A stretch of DNA of 64,000 nt from an uncultured delta proteobacterium. Lineage in GTDB: Bacteria; Myxococcota_A; Polyangia; Fen-1088. The position numbers were made by a program, and so were the translations under genes. The notes under the pieces are model-generated. The model had not been told where the DNA came from. It did not search any database and worked only from the letters and a program-made list of their open reading frames with translations. Positions within the stretch are counted from its first letter, which is position 1. Each line of letters starts with the position of its first letter. Shown in pieces: positions 48,359 through 58,245 of this stretch. Where the stretch lies: positions 832,001 through 896,000 of the forward strand of contig CAVYGB010000010.1 of the NCBI GenBank assembly GCA_963767925.1, given 5' to 3'.

Positions 48359-49774
48359 CTACCCCTTCGGGCGCGAGTAACGCTCCGCCACCCGCTCGGC
48401 GTACCCCTCGACGTGTTTCTGTTCGACCCGGGTGATGGCCAGGGCCCCCGCGGGCACGTCTTTCGTCACGGTGGAGCCCGCGGCGACGACGGCGCGGCGA
48501 CCCACCCGCACCGGCGCCACGAGCTGGGTGTCGGAGCCGATGAAGGCGTCGTCCTCGATGATGGTCTGCCGCTTCTCGAAGCCGTTGTAGTTGCAGGTGA
48601 TGGTGCCGGCGCCGACGTTCACCTTCTGTCCGATGATGGCGTCGCCGAGGTAGGCGAGGTGGTTGGCCTTGCTACCGCTGCCCATGCGGGTCTTCTTCGT
48701 CTCCACGAAGTTGCCGATGTGAACCGCCGGCCCCAGCTCGGTCCCCGGCCGCAGGTGGGCGAAGGGGCCGATGCTGCACTCGGCCCCGATGATCGAGTCG
48801 GTGGCCACGCAATACGGCTTGACGTGGGCGTTGGCCCCGACCTCGGTGTCGACGAGCAGCACCCCATCCTCGATGCGGGCCCCGTCGCCGATTCGGGTGC
48901 GGCCCCGCAGGGCGACGTTGCGGCCGATCTCGACGTCGGTGCCGATCTCCACCGCCGGCTCGATCACCACCGAGCCGGGATCCCGGAAGGTGGCGCGCTC
49001 GCGGAAGCGGGCCAGCACCCGCCGGCGCATCACCTCCTCGGCGTCGGCGAGCTGGAGCCGATCGTTGATGCCGGCGATCTCCTCGGGCGACCCCTCCACC
49101 GGGTAGGCCCCGACGCTGCGGGCGGCCATCTCGACGATGTCGGTGAGGTAAAACTCACCCTGGGCGTTGTTGCTCTTGAGGGCGGCGGTGGCCTCCCGCA
49201 AAAACTCGATCGGGGCGGCGTAAAAACCGGCGTTGATCTCCCTGATGGCCCGCTCGGCCTTGCTGGTGTCCTTCTCCTCGATGACCTTCTTCACCCGCTT
49301 GCGCCGGTCGCGGATGATCCGGCCGTAGCCGGTGGGGTCGGGCAGGCGGGCGGTCATCACCGCCAGGCCCCCGGTCCGGCGGGCCTCCTCGACCAGGCCC
49401 TCGATGGTCTCCCGCCGCAGCAGGGGGGCGTCTCCGTAGAGGATGAGCACCAGCCCGCTCTCCGCGGCCAGGGGGACCAGGCCCAGCTTCACCGCGTGGC
49501 CGGTCCCCTTCTGCTCGCGCTGCTCGACAACCGTGATGGCTCCCGCCCCGTAGCGGGAGGCGAGCACCTTCTCCACCTCGGTGAGCTGGTGCCCCAGCAC
49601 CGCCACCACCGGCTGGGCGCCCAGCTCGCGGGCCCGCTCGATGGGGTAGGCGCACAGGGGCGCACCCAGCACCGTGTGCAGCACCTTGGCCTTGTTCGAC
49701 TTCATGCGGGTCCCCTTGCCAGCGGCGAGCACGATGCAAGCGAGACGATCCAGTCCAGTGGTCTTCTTCTTCAC
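48359..49774 (-). CDS. glmU: Bifunctional UDP-GlcNAc pyrophosphorylase / glucosamine-1-P acetyltransferase
   Basis: LAAGKGTRMKS, GTGHAV, NAQGEFYLTD, GPFAHLRP, GNFVE, GAGTITCNY; GGAGG RBS. Confidence 0.96.
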   Translation of the reverse strand: MKKKTTGLDRLACIVLAAGKGTRMKSNKAKVLHTVLGAPLCAYPIERARELGAQPVVAVLGHQLTEVEKVLASRYGAGAITVVEQREQKGTGHAVKLGLVPLAAESGLVLILYGDAPLLRRETIEGLVEEARRTGGLAVMTARLPDPTGYGRIIRDRRKRVKKVIEEKDTSKAERAIREINAGFYAAPIEFLREATAALKSNNAQGEFYLTDIVEMAARSVGAYPVEGSPEEIAGINDRLQLADAEEVMRRRVLARFRERATFRDPGSVVIEPAVEIGTDVEIGRNVALRGRTRIGDGARIEDGVLLVDTEVGANAHVKPYCVATDSIIGAECSIGPFAHLRPGTELGPAVHIGNFVETKKTRMGSGSKANHLAYLGDAIIGQKVNVGAGTITCNYNGFEKRQTIIEDDAFIGSDTQLVAPVRVGRRAVVAAGSTVTKDVPAGALAITRVEQKHVEGYAERVAERYSRPKG

Positions 49775-49868
49775 GTTTCTGACAGCCTCCGGGCCCCACG
49801 ATAGTAGCGCTTTGCATGGGGAGTTCGCATCCGGTTTGCGGCCGTGTAGGGTGTAGGATCGTTGGTCC

Positions 49869-52328
49869 ATGGCGTGGTCGCCCAATAGGTCACCCTCGGG
49901 GAAGTCACCTCCCGGTGGAGGCTCCCGCCTGCCCGCGCCCCGGCCGGGGCCGGAGCCGCCCGCGGCCGGCGCCCCGGGCAACGCCCGCCCGCGCGCGACG
50001 ACCAGCTCGCCGCCCTACCTGCTCGTCGTGGAGAGCGATCCCGAGCTGCAGCAGCGCATCGGCGAGACCCTGCGCGAGGCCCGCTACGAGCTGGCCACCG
50101 AGGCCGAGGGGGTCTGGGCCAAGCGGAGCATGCTCATCCGACCCCCCGACGCCATCATCCTCGACACCCACCTGTCGGACAGCAGCGGCTTCCAGGTGGC
50201 GGAGGCCATCCGGCGCGACCCCGAGACGGAGAAGATCCCCATCATCTTCATCGCCAGCCGTTTCCGGGGGGCCAAACATCGCACCGAGGCGCGGCGGCGC
50301 TTCGCCCCCGCCGAATACCTCACCACGCCGATCGACTTCGATTCGCTGCTGGCCTGCCTGCTCGAGACGGTGCCGCCCCGGGCGACCGAGGGGGCGCCGG
50401 TGGCCAACTACCCGGCCGCCGTGCCGGCCGATCCGGCCCAGCGCCGCGAGCGCCGCGAGGTCGAGCAGGAGGCGCGCAAGCTGAGCAGCCGGGCCTCCGG
50501 CCTGCGGGGGGCGCTGGCCCGCGAGCCCTTCGCCCGCATCCTGCAACGGATCTATTCGCGGGGCCTGACCGGGGCGCTGCTGCTGGCCCGCGACCAGGCC
50601 AAGAAGATCATCTATTTCCAGAACGGCTACCCGGTCTCGGTGCGGTCGAACCTGCTGTCCGAGTGCCTCGGTCAGATCCTGGCGGCCCGCCGGATGATCA
50701 ACGCGCAGGTGCTGGAAGAATCGCTGCGCCGGATGCGCCAGCAGAAGCGCCATCAAGGCGAGATCCTGGTGGAGATGGGGGCCCTGTCCCCCCACAACCT
50801 CGAGCGGGCGCTGCTCGCCCAGATGGAGGCCAAGCTCTACGAGATCTTCTCCTGGCGGGCCGGCAGCTTCCGCTTCAACGACGGGCGCGACGCCCCCGAC
50901 GAGCCGGTCACCCTCGACAAGAGCCCGGCCGCGATGATCCTCGAGGGGATCCGCCGTCATTACGATCTCGACCGGCAAAACGTGGTGCTCGGGCGCTTCA
51001 CCGGGCAATACCTCGCCCCCAACGAGGACCCCCGCCAGCGCCTGCAGAGCATCACCCGCGACACCGGCGAGCGCGGCTTCATCGAGAGCCTCGACGGCAC
51101 CCGCCGGCTGGAGCTGGTGCTGGCCGAGTCGCCCATCCCCGCGCCCCAGGCCCGCCTGCTGCTGGTGGCGATGGCGGAGGCGGGGATGATCGAGCCCTCG
51201 CGCACGCCCGCCCGCCGGCCCGAGGGTGAGGCCGAGCTGACCGAGTCGGCCCGGCGCACGCCCCGCCGCACCACCCCCGCCCGCAACGGTGAGGCCGAGC
51301 GCGAGCGCCGCCCCACCCCCGCCCGCGAGCGCAACGGCGACGCCGAGCGAGAGCCCCGCCGCGTGGCCCCCGCCCGCGACCGCAACGGCGAGGCCGAACG
51401 CGAGCGTCGCCCCACCCCCGCCCGCGAGCGCAACGGCGAGGCAACCGGGGAGGCCCGCCGCGAGGGGGCGCGGGAAGCCGCGCGCGAGCCCCCCCGCGAG
51501 GCAGGGCGGGCCAACCCCCGCGAAGCGACGCGCGAGCCACCCCGCGAGGTCACCCGGGAGCAGCGGCGCGAGCCGCCCCGCGCCCCCGAGCGCAGCCCGC
51601 CCCGCAACGAGAACGGCGACGACGGCATCGGGCCCCCCGAGCGCCGATCGGTGGAGGAGCTGCGGGCGCTCTACGAAGGCATCCGGTTGCTCACCCACTT
51701 CGATGCGCTCGGGGTCGGCAAGGAGGCCAGCCCGGCCGAGATCGCCCGGGCCTACGAGGAGCGGGCGCGTGAGTTTCACCCCGATCGCTTCCGGCGCCGG
51801 TCGGAGGAGGTGCGCGAGGTGGCACAGAACATCTTCGACCGCCTCACCAGCGCCAACAAAGTGCTCGCCGATCCCGCGCGCCGGAGGCGATACTTGGCGA
51901 AGGTGGAAAAGGAGCGCGCGGATCCGCCGCCCGTGCTGGTCGGTCACAGCCCACCGGCGGCGGCCGAACAGGTCTACTACGCGGGCGTCGAGTACCTGCG
52001 GCAGCGCCGTTACCGGGAGGCCGTCGAGGCCTTCGGGCGGGCGCTGGCCCTGGCGCCGGATCAGGCCAACTACCACGGCGCTCTGGGCTGGGCCCTGTTC
52101 CGGAGCGCGCCCGGCGATCCGCGGGCGGTGGCGGCCGGGCTGGCCGAGCTCGAGCAGGCGGTGAGGCTCGGGGGCCAGGACCCCTGGGTGCACGTGTCGC
52201 TCGGGCGCTTCCTGGCCGAGACGGGCGCGCCCGATCAGGCCATCGGCGAGTTCGAGACCGCCCTCCGGCTCAACCCGGCGCTGGCCGACGTGCAGGACGA
52301 GATCCGGCGGCTCCGAGGCGAAGCTTGA
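49869..52328 (+). CDS. Atypical receiver + DUF4388/PATAN + J-domain + TPR protein
   Basis: REC (LVVESD, IILD); TGALLL...KIIYFQNG, LGQIL, W..GSFRF; J-domain FHPDRF; C-terminal TPRs. Confidence 0.8.
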   Translation: MAWSPNRSPSGKSPPGGGSRLPAPRPGPEPPAAGAPGNARPRATTSSPPYLLVVESDPELQQRIGETLREARYELATEAEGVWAKRSMLIRPPDAIILDTHLSDSSGFQVAEAIRRDPETEKIPIIFIASRFRGAKHRTEARRRFAPAEYLTTPIDFDSLLACLLETVPPRATEGAPVANYPAAVPADPAQRRERREVEQEARKLSSRASGLRGALAREPFARILQRIYSRGLTGALLLARDQAKKIIYFQNGYPVSVRSNLLSECLGQILAARRMINAQVLEESLRRMRQQKRHQGEILVEMGALSPHNLERALLAQMEAKLYEIFSWRAGSFRFNDGRDAPDEPVTLDKSPAAMILEGIRRHYDLDRQNVVLGRFTGQYLAPNEDPRQRLQSITRDTGERGFIESLDGTRRLELVLAESPIPAPQARLLLVAMAEAGMIEPSRTPARRPEGEAELTESARRTPRRTTPARNGEAERERRPTPARERNGDAEREPRRVAPARDRNGEAERERRPTPARERNGEATGEARREGAREAAREPPREAGRANPREATREPPREVTREQRREPPRAPERSPPRNENGDDGIGPPERRSVEELRALYEGIRLLTHFDALGVGKEASPAEIARAYEERAREFHPDRFRRRSEEVREVAQNIFDRLTSANKVLADPARRRRYLAKVEKERADPPPVLVGHSPPAAAEQVYYAGVEYLRQRRYREAVEAFGRALALAPDQANYHGALGWALFRSAPGDPRAVAAGLAELEQAVRLGGQDPWVHVSLGRFLAETGAPDQAIGEFETALRLNPALADVQDEIRRLRGEA

Positions 52329-53251
52329 TCGCGGCCACCTCGGTCTGGCTCGACGGCCGGCTGATCCCCTTCGCCGAGGCCCAGGTTCACGTCACCGCCT
52401 TCACCCTGCACTACGGGCTGGGCGCGTTCGAGGGCCTGCGCTGCTACCGGCGCCACGACCGGCGCGCGGCCGTGTTCCGCCTGCGCGAGCACGTCGAGCG
52501 GCTGTTCGAGTCGGCGGCGGTCTGCTCGATGGCGATCCCGTTTTCGCCCGAGCAGGTCGAGGCCGCCTGCCTGGAGACGGTGCGGGCCAACCACCTCGAG
52601 GAGGGCTACATCCGGCCCCTGGTCTTCACGGGCGCCGGCGTGCTCGGCATGGGCGCGCGGGACAACCCCATCCAGGTCGCCGTCATCGCCTTCCCCTGGG
52701 CCGACGTGCTCGGCGCCGACGCCGCCGCCCGGGGCATCCGGGCCCAGGTGTCGAGCTTCGTGCGGGCCCACGTCAACTCGACGATGAGCAAGGCCAAGAT
52801 CATCGGACAATACGCCAGCTCGGTCCTGGTCAAGCGCGAGTCGCAGCGGCTGGGGTTCGACGAGGCGATCATGCTCGACGCCGGGGGCCGGGTGGCGGAG
52901 GGCAGCGCCGAGAACATCTTCATGGTCTACAAGGGCGAGCTCTGGACGCCGCCCCTCGAGCTGCCCATCCTCGGCGGCATCACCCGCGACGCCGTGTTGA
53001 CCCTGGCCCGCGAGGCGGGCCTGGCGCCGGTCGAGCGGGCCTTCACCCGAGACATGCTCTACGCGGCCAGCGAGGTGTTCCTCACCGGCACCGCCACCGA
53101 GGTCACGCCCGTGCGCGAGATCGATGGTCGGGTGGTCGGCGGAAATGTGGGCGCGACACCGGGACCGATCACCCGGAAGATCCAGCAGGCCTTCGTGGCG
53201 GCGGTGCGAGGTCCGGGCGAGCCCCATCCCGAGTGGCTCCGATACACCTGA
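52325..53251 (+). CDS. ilvE: Branched-chain amino acid aminotransferase
   Basis: LHYGLGAFEGLR, YIRP, KAK..GQY, EGSAENIF, LGGITR, TGTATEVTPV. Confidence 0.93.
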   Translation: MIAATSVWLDGRLIPFAEAQVHVTAFTLHYGLGAFEGLRCYRRHDRRAAVFRLREHVERLFESAAVCSMAIPFSPEQVEAACLETVRANHLEEGYIRPLVFTGAGVLGMGARDNPIQVAVIAFPWADVLGADAAARGIRAQVSSFVRAHVNSTMSKAKIIGQYASSVLVKRESQRLGFDEAIMLDAGGRVAEGSAENIFMVYKGELWTPPLELPILGGITRDAVLTLAREAGLAPVERAFTRDMLYAASEVFLTGTATEVTPVREIDGRVVGGNVGATPGPITRKIQQAFVAAVRGPGEPHPEWLRYT

Positions 53252-53304
53252 CGTTCGCCCGCGCTTTCGAGCTATGCTGAACCTGGCAGTCGGGGAGGTG
53301 ACGT

Positions 53305-54705
53305 TTGGCGGACATCAAGTGCGCCCACTGCGGCCAGTCGCACGCGGAGGGGACCAAGTTCTGCCCCCTGACCGGCAAGCAGATCGGGCCGCCGGTCTCG
53401 GGCAAGGCGACGATGATCATGTTCCAGCCGCCCGGCCCGGGGGGCCCGGGGGCCCCGCCGCCCAACGGGGCGAGCGGGGGGCCGCTCCGCTCCGCCACGC
53501 CCGCCGGCGTCGCCACCCCTGCCCGCCTCAACACGCCCTCGCAGACGCGGGTCAATACCCCTTCGGGCTCGCCCCATCGCACCAACTCGCCGGCCGGCGG
53601 CTCGCCCGCGCTCGGTGAGCGCCTGTCGCGCATGACCCCCGGGGTCGGCGTGCGGGTGCCCAACGTGCCGCCCCCGCCGGTCGCCGCCGACAGCGTCCCG
53701 CCACCGGTGGCCCCCGTGCCCACGCCCCTGCCCGCCCCCGGCAGCGGCGCCGCCTCGGGTCCGGGGGCGGGGCGCAACCCCGACATGCCCGACTGGGTGG
53801 CCGACCCCGAGGACGCCCGGGTGTCCTTCACCTCGGCGGTGTTCCCCGCCCTCAACGCGCCGGAGAAGGGCGTCGTCGACCTCCTCAGCGACGCCTTCAA
53901 GCTCTACCGCCGCCACGCGCGCGACTTCCTGCTGACGGCCGCCATCCTCTTTGCGCCGGGGGCCCTCATCAGCTCGCTGGCCCTGGCCCTCATCACCGCC
54001 CCCCTGCGCGCGTCGACGGCGGCGATGGAGGCGGCCCTGGCCAACGATCCGGCGGCGGGCGCGGCGCTGGCCGGCGCCGCCATGGGCGGGGTGTTCGCGG
54101 CCGTGCTGCAGATGCTGGGCTGGGCGGTGGTGGCGCTCATCGTGTACGGCATCGTCATCCCCCTCACCCTCGGCACCCTCACCATCGCGGTGGCGGATCG
54201 GGCCCTCGGCGGCCACAGCAGCCCCTGGGAATACTGGCGCATGTTGCTCGGCCACCTGCCCCGGCTGCTGGGTGCGCTGCTGCCCGCCGCCCTGCTGTGC
54301 ATGGTCGGCTACTTCTTCTTCGTGCTGCCGGGCGTGGTGCTCTCGTTCCTGTTCGTGTTCGTCCCGGCGGTGGTGCTGACCGAGAAGAAGGCGGGGACCG
54401 ACGCGCTCAGGCGCAGCGCCCGGCTCGTGCGGGTGGAGTGGCTCAAGGTGGCGGTCGTGCTCATCACCTTCGGCATCATCAACCTGATCGCCAACGTTCT
54501 GGCGGCCGTGCTGATCCCCGACGGTCTGTTCCTGCTCGAGCGGGTGCTCGGCGACCTGGTCACGCTGGTGCTGCTACCCCTGCCCGTCCTCGCCGCCGTG
54601 CTGCTCTACCTCGACCTGCGCCGGCGGACCGAGGGGCTGGACCGGGAGGCCCTGCGCAGCGAGCTCGACACGCTCCGCACCCCAGCCGGGGAAGAGCCCG
54701 GTTAG
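53305..54705 (+). CDS. Zinc-ribbon + Pro-rich + multi-TM membrane protein
   Basis: CAHCG...KFCPLTG; six hydrophobic segments; ALRRS..LV and LLYLDLR.R.EG. Confidence 0.7.
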   Translation: MADIKCAHCGQSHAEGTKFCPLTGKQIGPPVSGKATMIMFQPPGPGGPGAPPPNGASGGPLRSATPAGVATPARLNTPSQTRVNTPSGSPHRTNSPAGGSPALGERLSRMTPGVGVRVPNVPPPPVAADSVPPPVAPVPTPLPAPGSGAASGPGAGRNPDMPDWVADPEDARVSFTSAVFPALNAPEKGVVDLLSDAFKLYRRHARDFLLTAAILFAPGALISSLALALITAPLRASTAAMEAALANDPAAGAALAGAAMGGVFAAVLQMLGWAVVALIVYGIVIPLTLGTLTIAVADRALGGHSSPWEYWRMLLGHLPRLLGALLPAALLCMVGYFFFVLPGVVLSFLFVFVPAVVLTEKKAGTDALRRSARLVRVEWLKVAVVLITFGIINLIANVLAAVLIPDGLFLLERVLGDLVTLVLLPLPVLAAVLLYLDLRRRTEGLDREALRSELDTLRTPAGEEPG

Positions 54706-54717
54706 CTGGGGGGGCGC

Positions 54718-54805
54718 TGGAGGAGAGAGAGGGATTCGAACCCTCGGTACCTCACGGTACACACGATTTCCAATCGTGCGCCTTCGACCACTCGGCCATC
54801 TCTCC
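54718..54805 (-). tRNA. tRNA-Ser(GGA)
   Basis: GGAGAGA acceptor stem, CACGA-TT-GGA-AA-TCGTG anticodon arm, long variable arm, GGTTCGAATCC, encoded CCA. Confidence 0.96.
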
Positions 54806-54849
54806 AGTCGTTCCGGGAGCCCTCGGACGATTCCAGACCTCGGATTTCT

Positions 54850-54939
54850 TGGAGGAGAGAGTGGGAGTCGAACCCACGTTGGGCGCAAACCCAAACCTGA
54901 TTTCGAATCAGGCGCCTTCGACCACTCGGCCATCTCTCC
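54850..54939 (-). tRNA. tRNA-Ser(CGA)
   Basis: CCTGA-TT-CGA-AA-TCAGG anticodon arm, long variable arm, GGTTCGACTCC, encoded CCA. Confidence 0.96.
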
Positions 54940-55175
54940 GTAATGATTTCGCGCACTTATCGGACTACTTCCCTGCCGGTTCCTTCCAATGATCTGGCGT
55001 TTGATTCGATGTCCGCCGGTTTACCGTCCGCCGGAGGCCGCAATATTTAGCACCAGCCACGGCCGCGCGGCGACAGAAACATCAGGAAATCGCGGACGTG
55101 CATCCACCGAGGCAGCCGCGGAAGAAGCTCGGGGAACCGCTCCCCGCCGATCGCTGGCTGGACGATGGCGCTGGG

Positions 55176-55426
55176 CTACCCCTCGCCGGCCATGGCGAGG
55201 ATCCGTTGCCTCAACGCCGGCGCCACACGAAAGCCAAGCCCCTGCAGGCGGTCGAGGGCCGGGGCCACCGCCTCCACAGGTCGTAGCCGAGCTCGCGACC
55301 GACCCGCAGCTCTCGATCGACGTCCGCGGGCACCAGGACCCGGCCGAGGAGGGCGGGCATGAGATCGATGAGGCCTGCCCGGTGCAGGTAGCTGAGCGGC
55401 GAGGTGTTCGCGATGTACTCAGCCAC
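55176..55426 (-). pseudogene. DUF3368/PIN-like nuclease with internal deletion and frameshift
   Basis: N-terminus IANTSPL.YL...L...VLVP..V..EL joined out of frame to the family C-terminus VAPALDRLQGLGFRVAPALRQRILAMAGEG*. Confidence 0.7.
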
Positions 55427-55688
55427 CGAGCGAGCGTTCGAGGGCGTCCTGGTCGCGCTCGAAATCGTCCGGCGACGTCCGGAAGACGTCGATGTTGAAG
55501 TCCTTCAGCTTGTGGAGAAACTCCACCTTGCCGATGCCAGCCAGGTCGGCGGCCGCGCCGGCCGACAACCGATCGAGCTCGTACGCCTTCATTGCCGCCA
55601 GCAGCCGCAGCTCGGCCCCGATGGCCTCACGCGGTACGGCGAGCGCCTCGACGGAGCTCTCCGGGATGTCCAGCCGGACTTCACACAC
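55419..55688 (-). CDS. UPF0175-family HTH protein (putative antitoxin)
   Basis: ELRLLAAMK.YE..RLSAGAAADLAGI.KVEFL; overlaps the downstream PIN gene. Confidence 0.8.
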   Translation of the reverse strand: MCEVRLDIPESSVEALAVPREAIGAELRLLAAMKAYELDRLSAGAAADLAGIGKVEFLHKLKDFNIDVFRTSPDDFERDQDALERSLGG

Positions 55689-55813
55689 GATGTGTCAGTT
55701 AACACGCACCCGGCCGGGTGCTCCGAAGGCCGCCAGGGGTCGGGGGGTGGTCGGCCTGGTGGGGGGCGGGGGGGTGCTGTAGAAGGGGTGGCCCTTGGGG
55801 GGCGTGGGACCAC

Positions 55814-57103
55814 GTGACTCGAAGCTCTGCCTCGCCCGGGGCGCCGCCGGCGGCGACCCGCACCCGGTACACGGTCGTCGGGCTGGCCGTGTTGCTGGCC
55901 ATGGTGACCTACCTCGACCGGGCCTGCCTGGGGACGCTGGCCCCCGCCATCATGCGGGACCTGGCGCTGAGCAAGGAGCAGATGAGCTACGTGTACAGCG
56001 CCTTCGCGCTGGCCTACGCGGCCTTCGAGATCCCCACCGCCTGGTGGGCCGACCGCCACGGCACCCGCAAGGTGCTCGCCCGCATCGTCGTCTGGTGGTC
56101 GGCCTTCACCATGGCCACCGCGGCGGCCTTCAGCCTGGCCTCGCTGGTGACCATCCGCTTCCTGTTCGGGGCGGGCGAGGCCGGGGCCTGGCCCAGCGTG
56201 GCCCGCACCTTCTCGCGCTGGATCCCCCGGGCGGAGCGGGGGCGCATCCAGGGGATCTTCTTCGCCGGCGCCCACCTCGCGGGCGGGGTCACCCCGGCCA
56301 TCGCCCTCGCCCTCCTGCAGGTGACGACCTGGCGGATGGTGTTCCTGATCTTCGGCGCGCTGGGGCTGGTCTGGGCGGCGGTCTGGTACCGCTGGTTCCG
56401 CGACGAGCCGGGCGACCACCCGGAGGTGAACGCGGCGGAGCTCGCGCGCATCGTGGAGGGCCGCCCGCCCGACCGCCCCCACCGCACCGACCTCCGCTTC
56501 TGGCGGCGGCTGTTCGGCCAGCGCAACGTCCTCGCCCTCTGCGTGATGTATGCCCCCAACAGCTACGCCTTCTACTTCTGCATCACCTGGCTGCCGACCT
56601 ACCTGCGGGAAAAACATGGCTTCGACCAGGCGTCGCTGGCCCTCTTCTCCGGCTTGCCCCTGCTGCTCGCCGTGCTCGGCGATCTGTTCGGCGGGCTGGC
56701 CACCGATCTGGTGACCGCCCGCTTCGGCCTGCGGGCGGGGCGGGCCGCGGTGGGGGCGCTGGCCTACCTGGCGGCGGGGGCGGCGATGATCGCCGCCACC
56801 TTGACCGCCCGGCCCCTGCTGGCCGCCAGCCTCGTCGCCGTCGCGGTCGGCGCCAGCATGTTCACCCTGGCCCCCGCCTGGGGCACCTGCCAGGACATCG
56901 GGGGCAGCGACGCCGGCGTGGTGAGCGCGGCCATGAACACCTCCGGGCAGGTGAGCAGCATCTTCAGCCCGATCCTGGTGACCTACCTGCTGGCAAAGCT
57001 GGGGGACTGGAACGCCCCCCTGCTCGTCATGGGCGCGCTGTTCCTGGTGGGCGCCGCCGCCTGGGCCTTCATCGACCCGCGCCAGCGGGTGTTCGCCACC
57101 TGA
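55814..57103 (+). CDS. MFS transporter (ACS / sugar-acid type)
   Basis: YLDR, YAAFEIP...[31 protein letters not shown]. Confidence 0.9.
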   Translation: MTRSSASPGAPPAATRTRYTVVGLAVLLAMVTYLDRACLGTLAPAIMRDLALSKEQMSYVYSAFALAYAAFEIPTAWWADRHGTRKVLARIVVWWSAFTMATAAAFSLASLVTIRFLFGAGEAGAWPSVARTFSRWIPRAERGRIQGIFFAGAHLAGGVTPAIALALLQVTTWRMVFLIFGALGLVWAAVWYRWFRDEPGDHPEVNAAELARIVEGRPPDRPHRTDLRFWRRLFGQRNVLALCVMYAPNSYAFYFCITWLPTYLREKHGFDQASLALFSGLPLLLAVLGDLFGGLATDLVTARFGLRAGRAAVGALAYLAAGAAMIAATLTARPLLAASLVAVAVGASMFTLAPAWGTCQDIGGSDAGVVSAAMNTSGQVSSIFSPILVTYLLAKLGDWNAPLLVMGALFLVGAAAWAFIDPRQRVFAT

Positions 57104-57110
57104 GCGCCGC

Positions 57111-58171
57111 TCACTTTCCGGCCGAGAGCTGGGTGCCGGTCAGGCGCAGGCGCAGCCCCCGGAAGCGCTTCTGGGCGGGATCTTCCAGGTCCTTGCAGCG
57201 GACGCCGCCGGTCTGGACGCCGCCGTCGTCGCTGAACAGCATGATCTCCTCGCCGTCCTCGGGGGTGAAGAAGGCCTCGGGGTTGAAGCCCTCGAGGTGC
57301 ACCGAGGTGAGGCGGGAGGCGGGGCCCTTTCCGTCCCAGGAATACAGGTGCGAGGTGCCGCCGTCGCCGTGGTCGCCCGCGACGATGAGGTAGCGGCTGC
57401 GCCACCAGGACAGCGAGCGGATGCCCTGCCCGCCGAGATCGAGCAGCACCGGCTCGCCGAGCTGCGCCCGCTGCCCCCGCACCACCTCGCGGGGGTTGAG
57501 CAGGGGGACCACCAGCGCCTTGCCCTGGGGGATGGGGTTGCGGAAGCCGATGAACATGGCCTTGTCGTCGGGGGTGGCGGTGAGCCCCTCGATGTTGAGG
57601 CCGTTGGCCTCCTTCGGCGGGCGCTCGGCGGCCGACCGGAGATCGAAGCGGCGCAGGCCCTCCGACGAGAGCAGATCGTCGAGCAGCGACAGGTAGGGCT
57701 GCCCGATCACCTGGACCGCCTGGCCGAGCCGGGGCTCCGAGGTGGCGAACAGGATGTAGCGGGCGTCCTGCATCTTGCCCTTGCTGTTGCGCCCGTGCGA
57801 GGTGAGCCAGTAGGCGGTGCCGTCGAACGAGGTGGCCGCCTCGAGGTCGGTCTCCGGGCTCTTCTTCGGCTTCTTTGGCTTGCTTGGATCTTGGCCGGCT
57901 TATCGACCTTGTCCTTTTTGCGCAGGGGCAGCGCCGGCGAGAGATCGACCATCCGGAGCGGAGGGCCACCTCGGTCCACGTCGTAGACGCGGAGGATGCT
58001 GTCCTCGTCGTCGGCGACGGCGAAGGTCCGCGAGTCGAGGGGGACCGCCGCCGAGGCGTCGCACATGCCCTCGAAGACGACGGTGCTGGGCTTCTCGGGG
58101 GCGGCGGCGGCGCGCCCGGCCGGGGCCGCCAGGAGGACAGCGATGGTCAGGAACAGCGTTGAGTTGCTCAT
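57111..58171 (-). CDS. Exported DUF3616-like protein, one frameshift near 57890
   Basis: Signal peptide; CDASA, VADDE..LRVY; then ETDLEAA, YWLTSHGRNSKGK, LNIEGL, GFRNP, LDLGG.GIR, SDDG. Confidence 0.7.
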
Positions 58172-58245
58172 GGTCCCTCTCATCATGCTGCCAATCTCGC
58201 CGGGCGCACGTCCGGCCCCGCTGTCGGTTCGGCCGCCATTAGGTC

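Noticed and set aside
54574..54956. Short ORFs over the tRNA locus
   Set aside because: They are translations of the tRNA-Ser genes
54718..55688. tRNA-anchored genomic island or prophage
   Set aside because: No integrase or separate att duplication seen, and the TA pair lies 5' of the tRNAs
22745..57895. Programmed frameshifting or pseudogenes at the kinase (about 22750), pxpA (about 27427) and the DUF3616-like gene (about 57890)
   Set aside because: Isolated indels with intact flanking protein and no clear slippery site; most simply sequencing errors like those in purL
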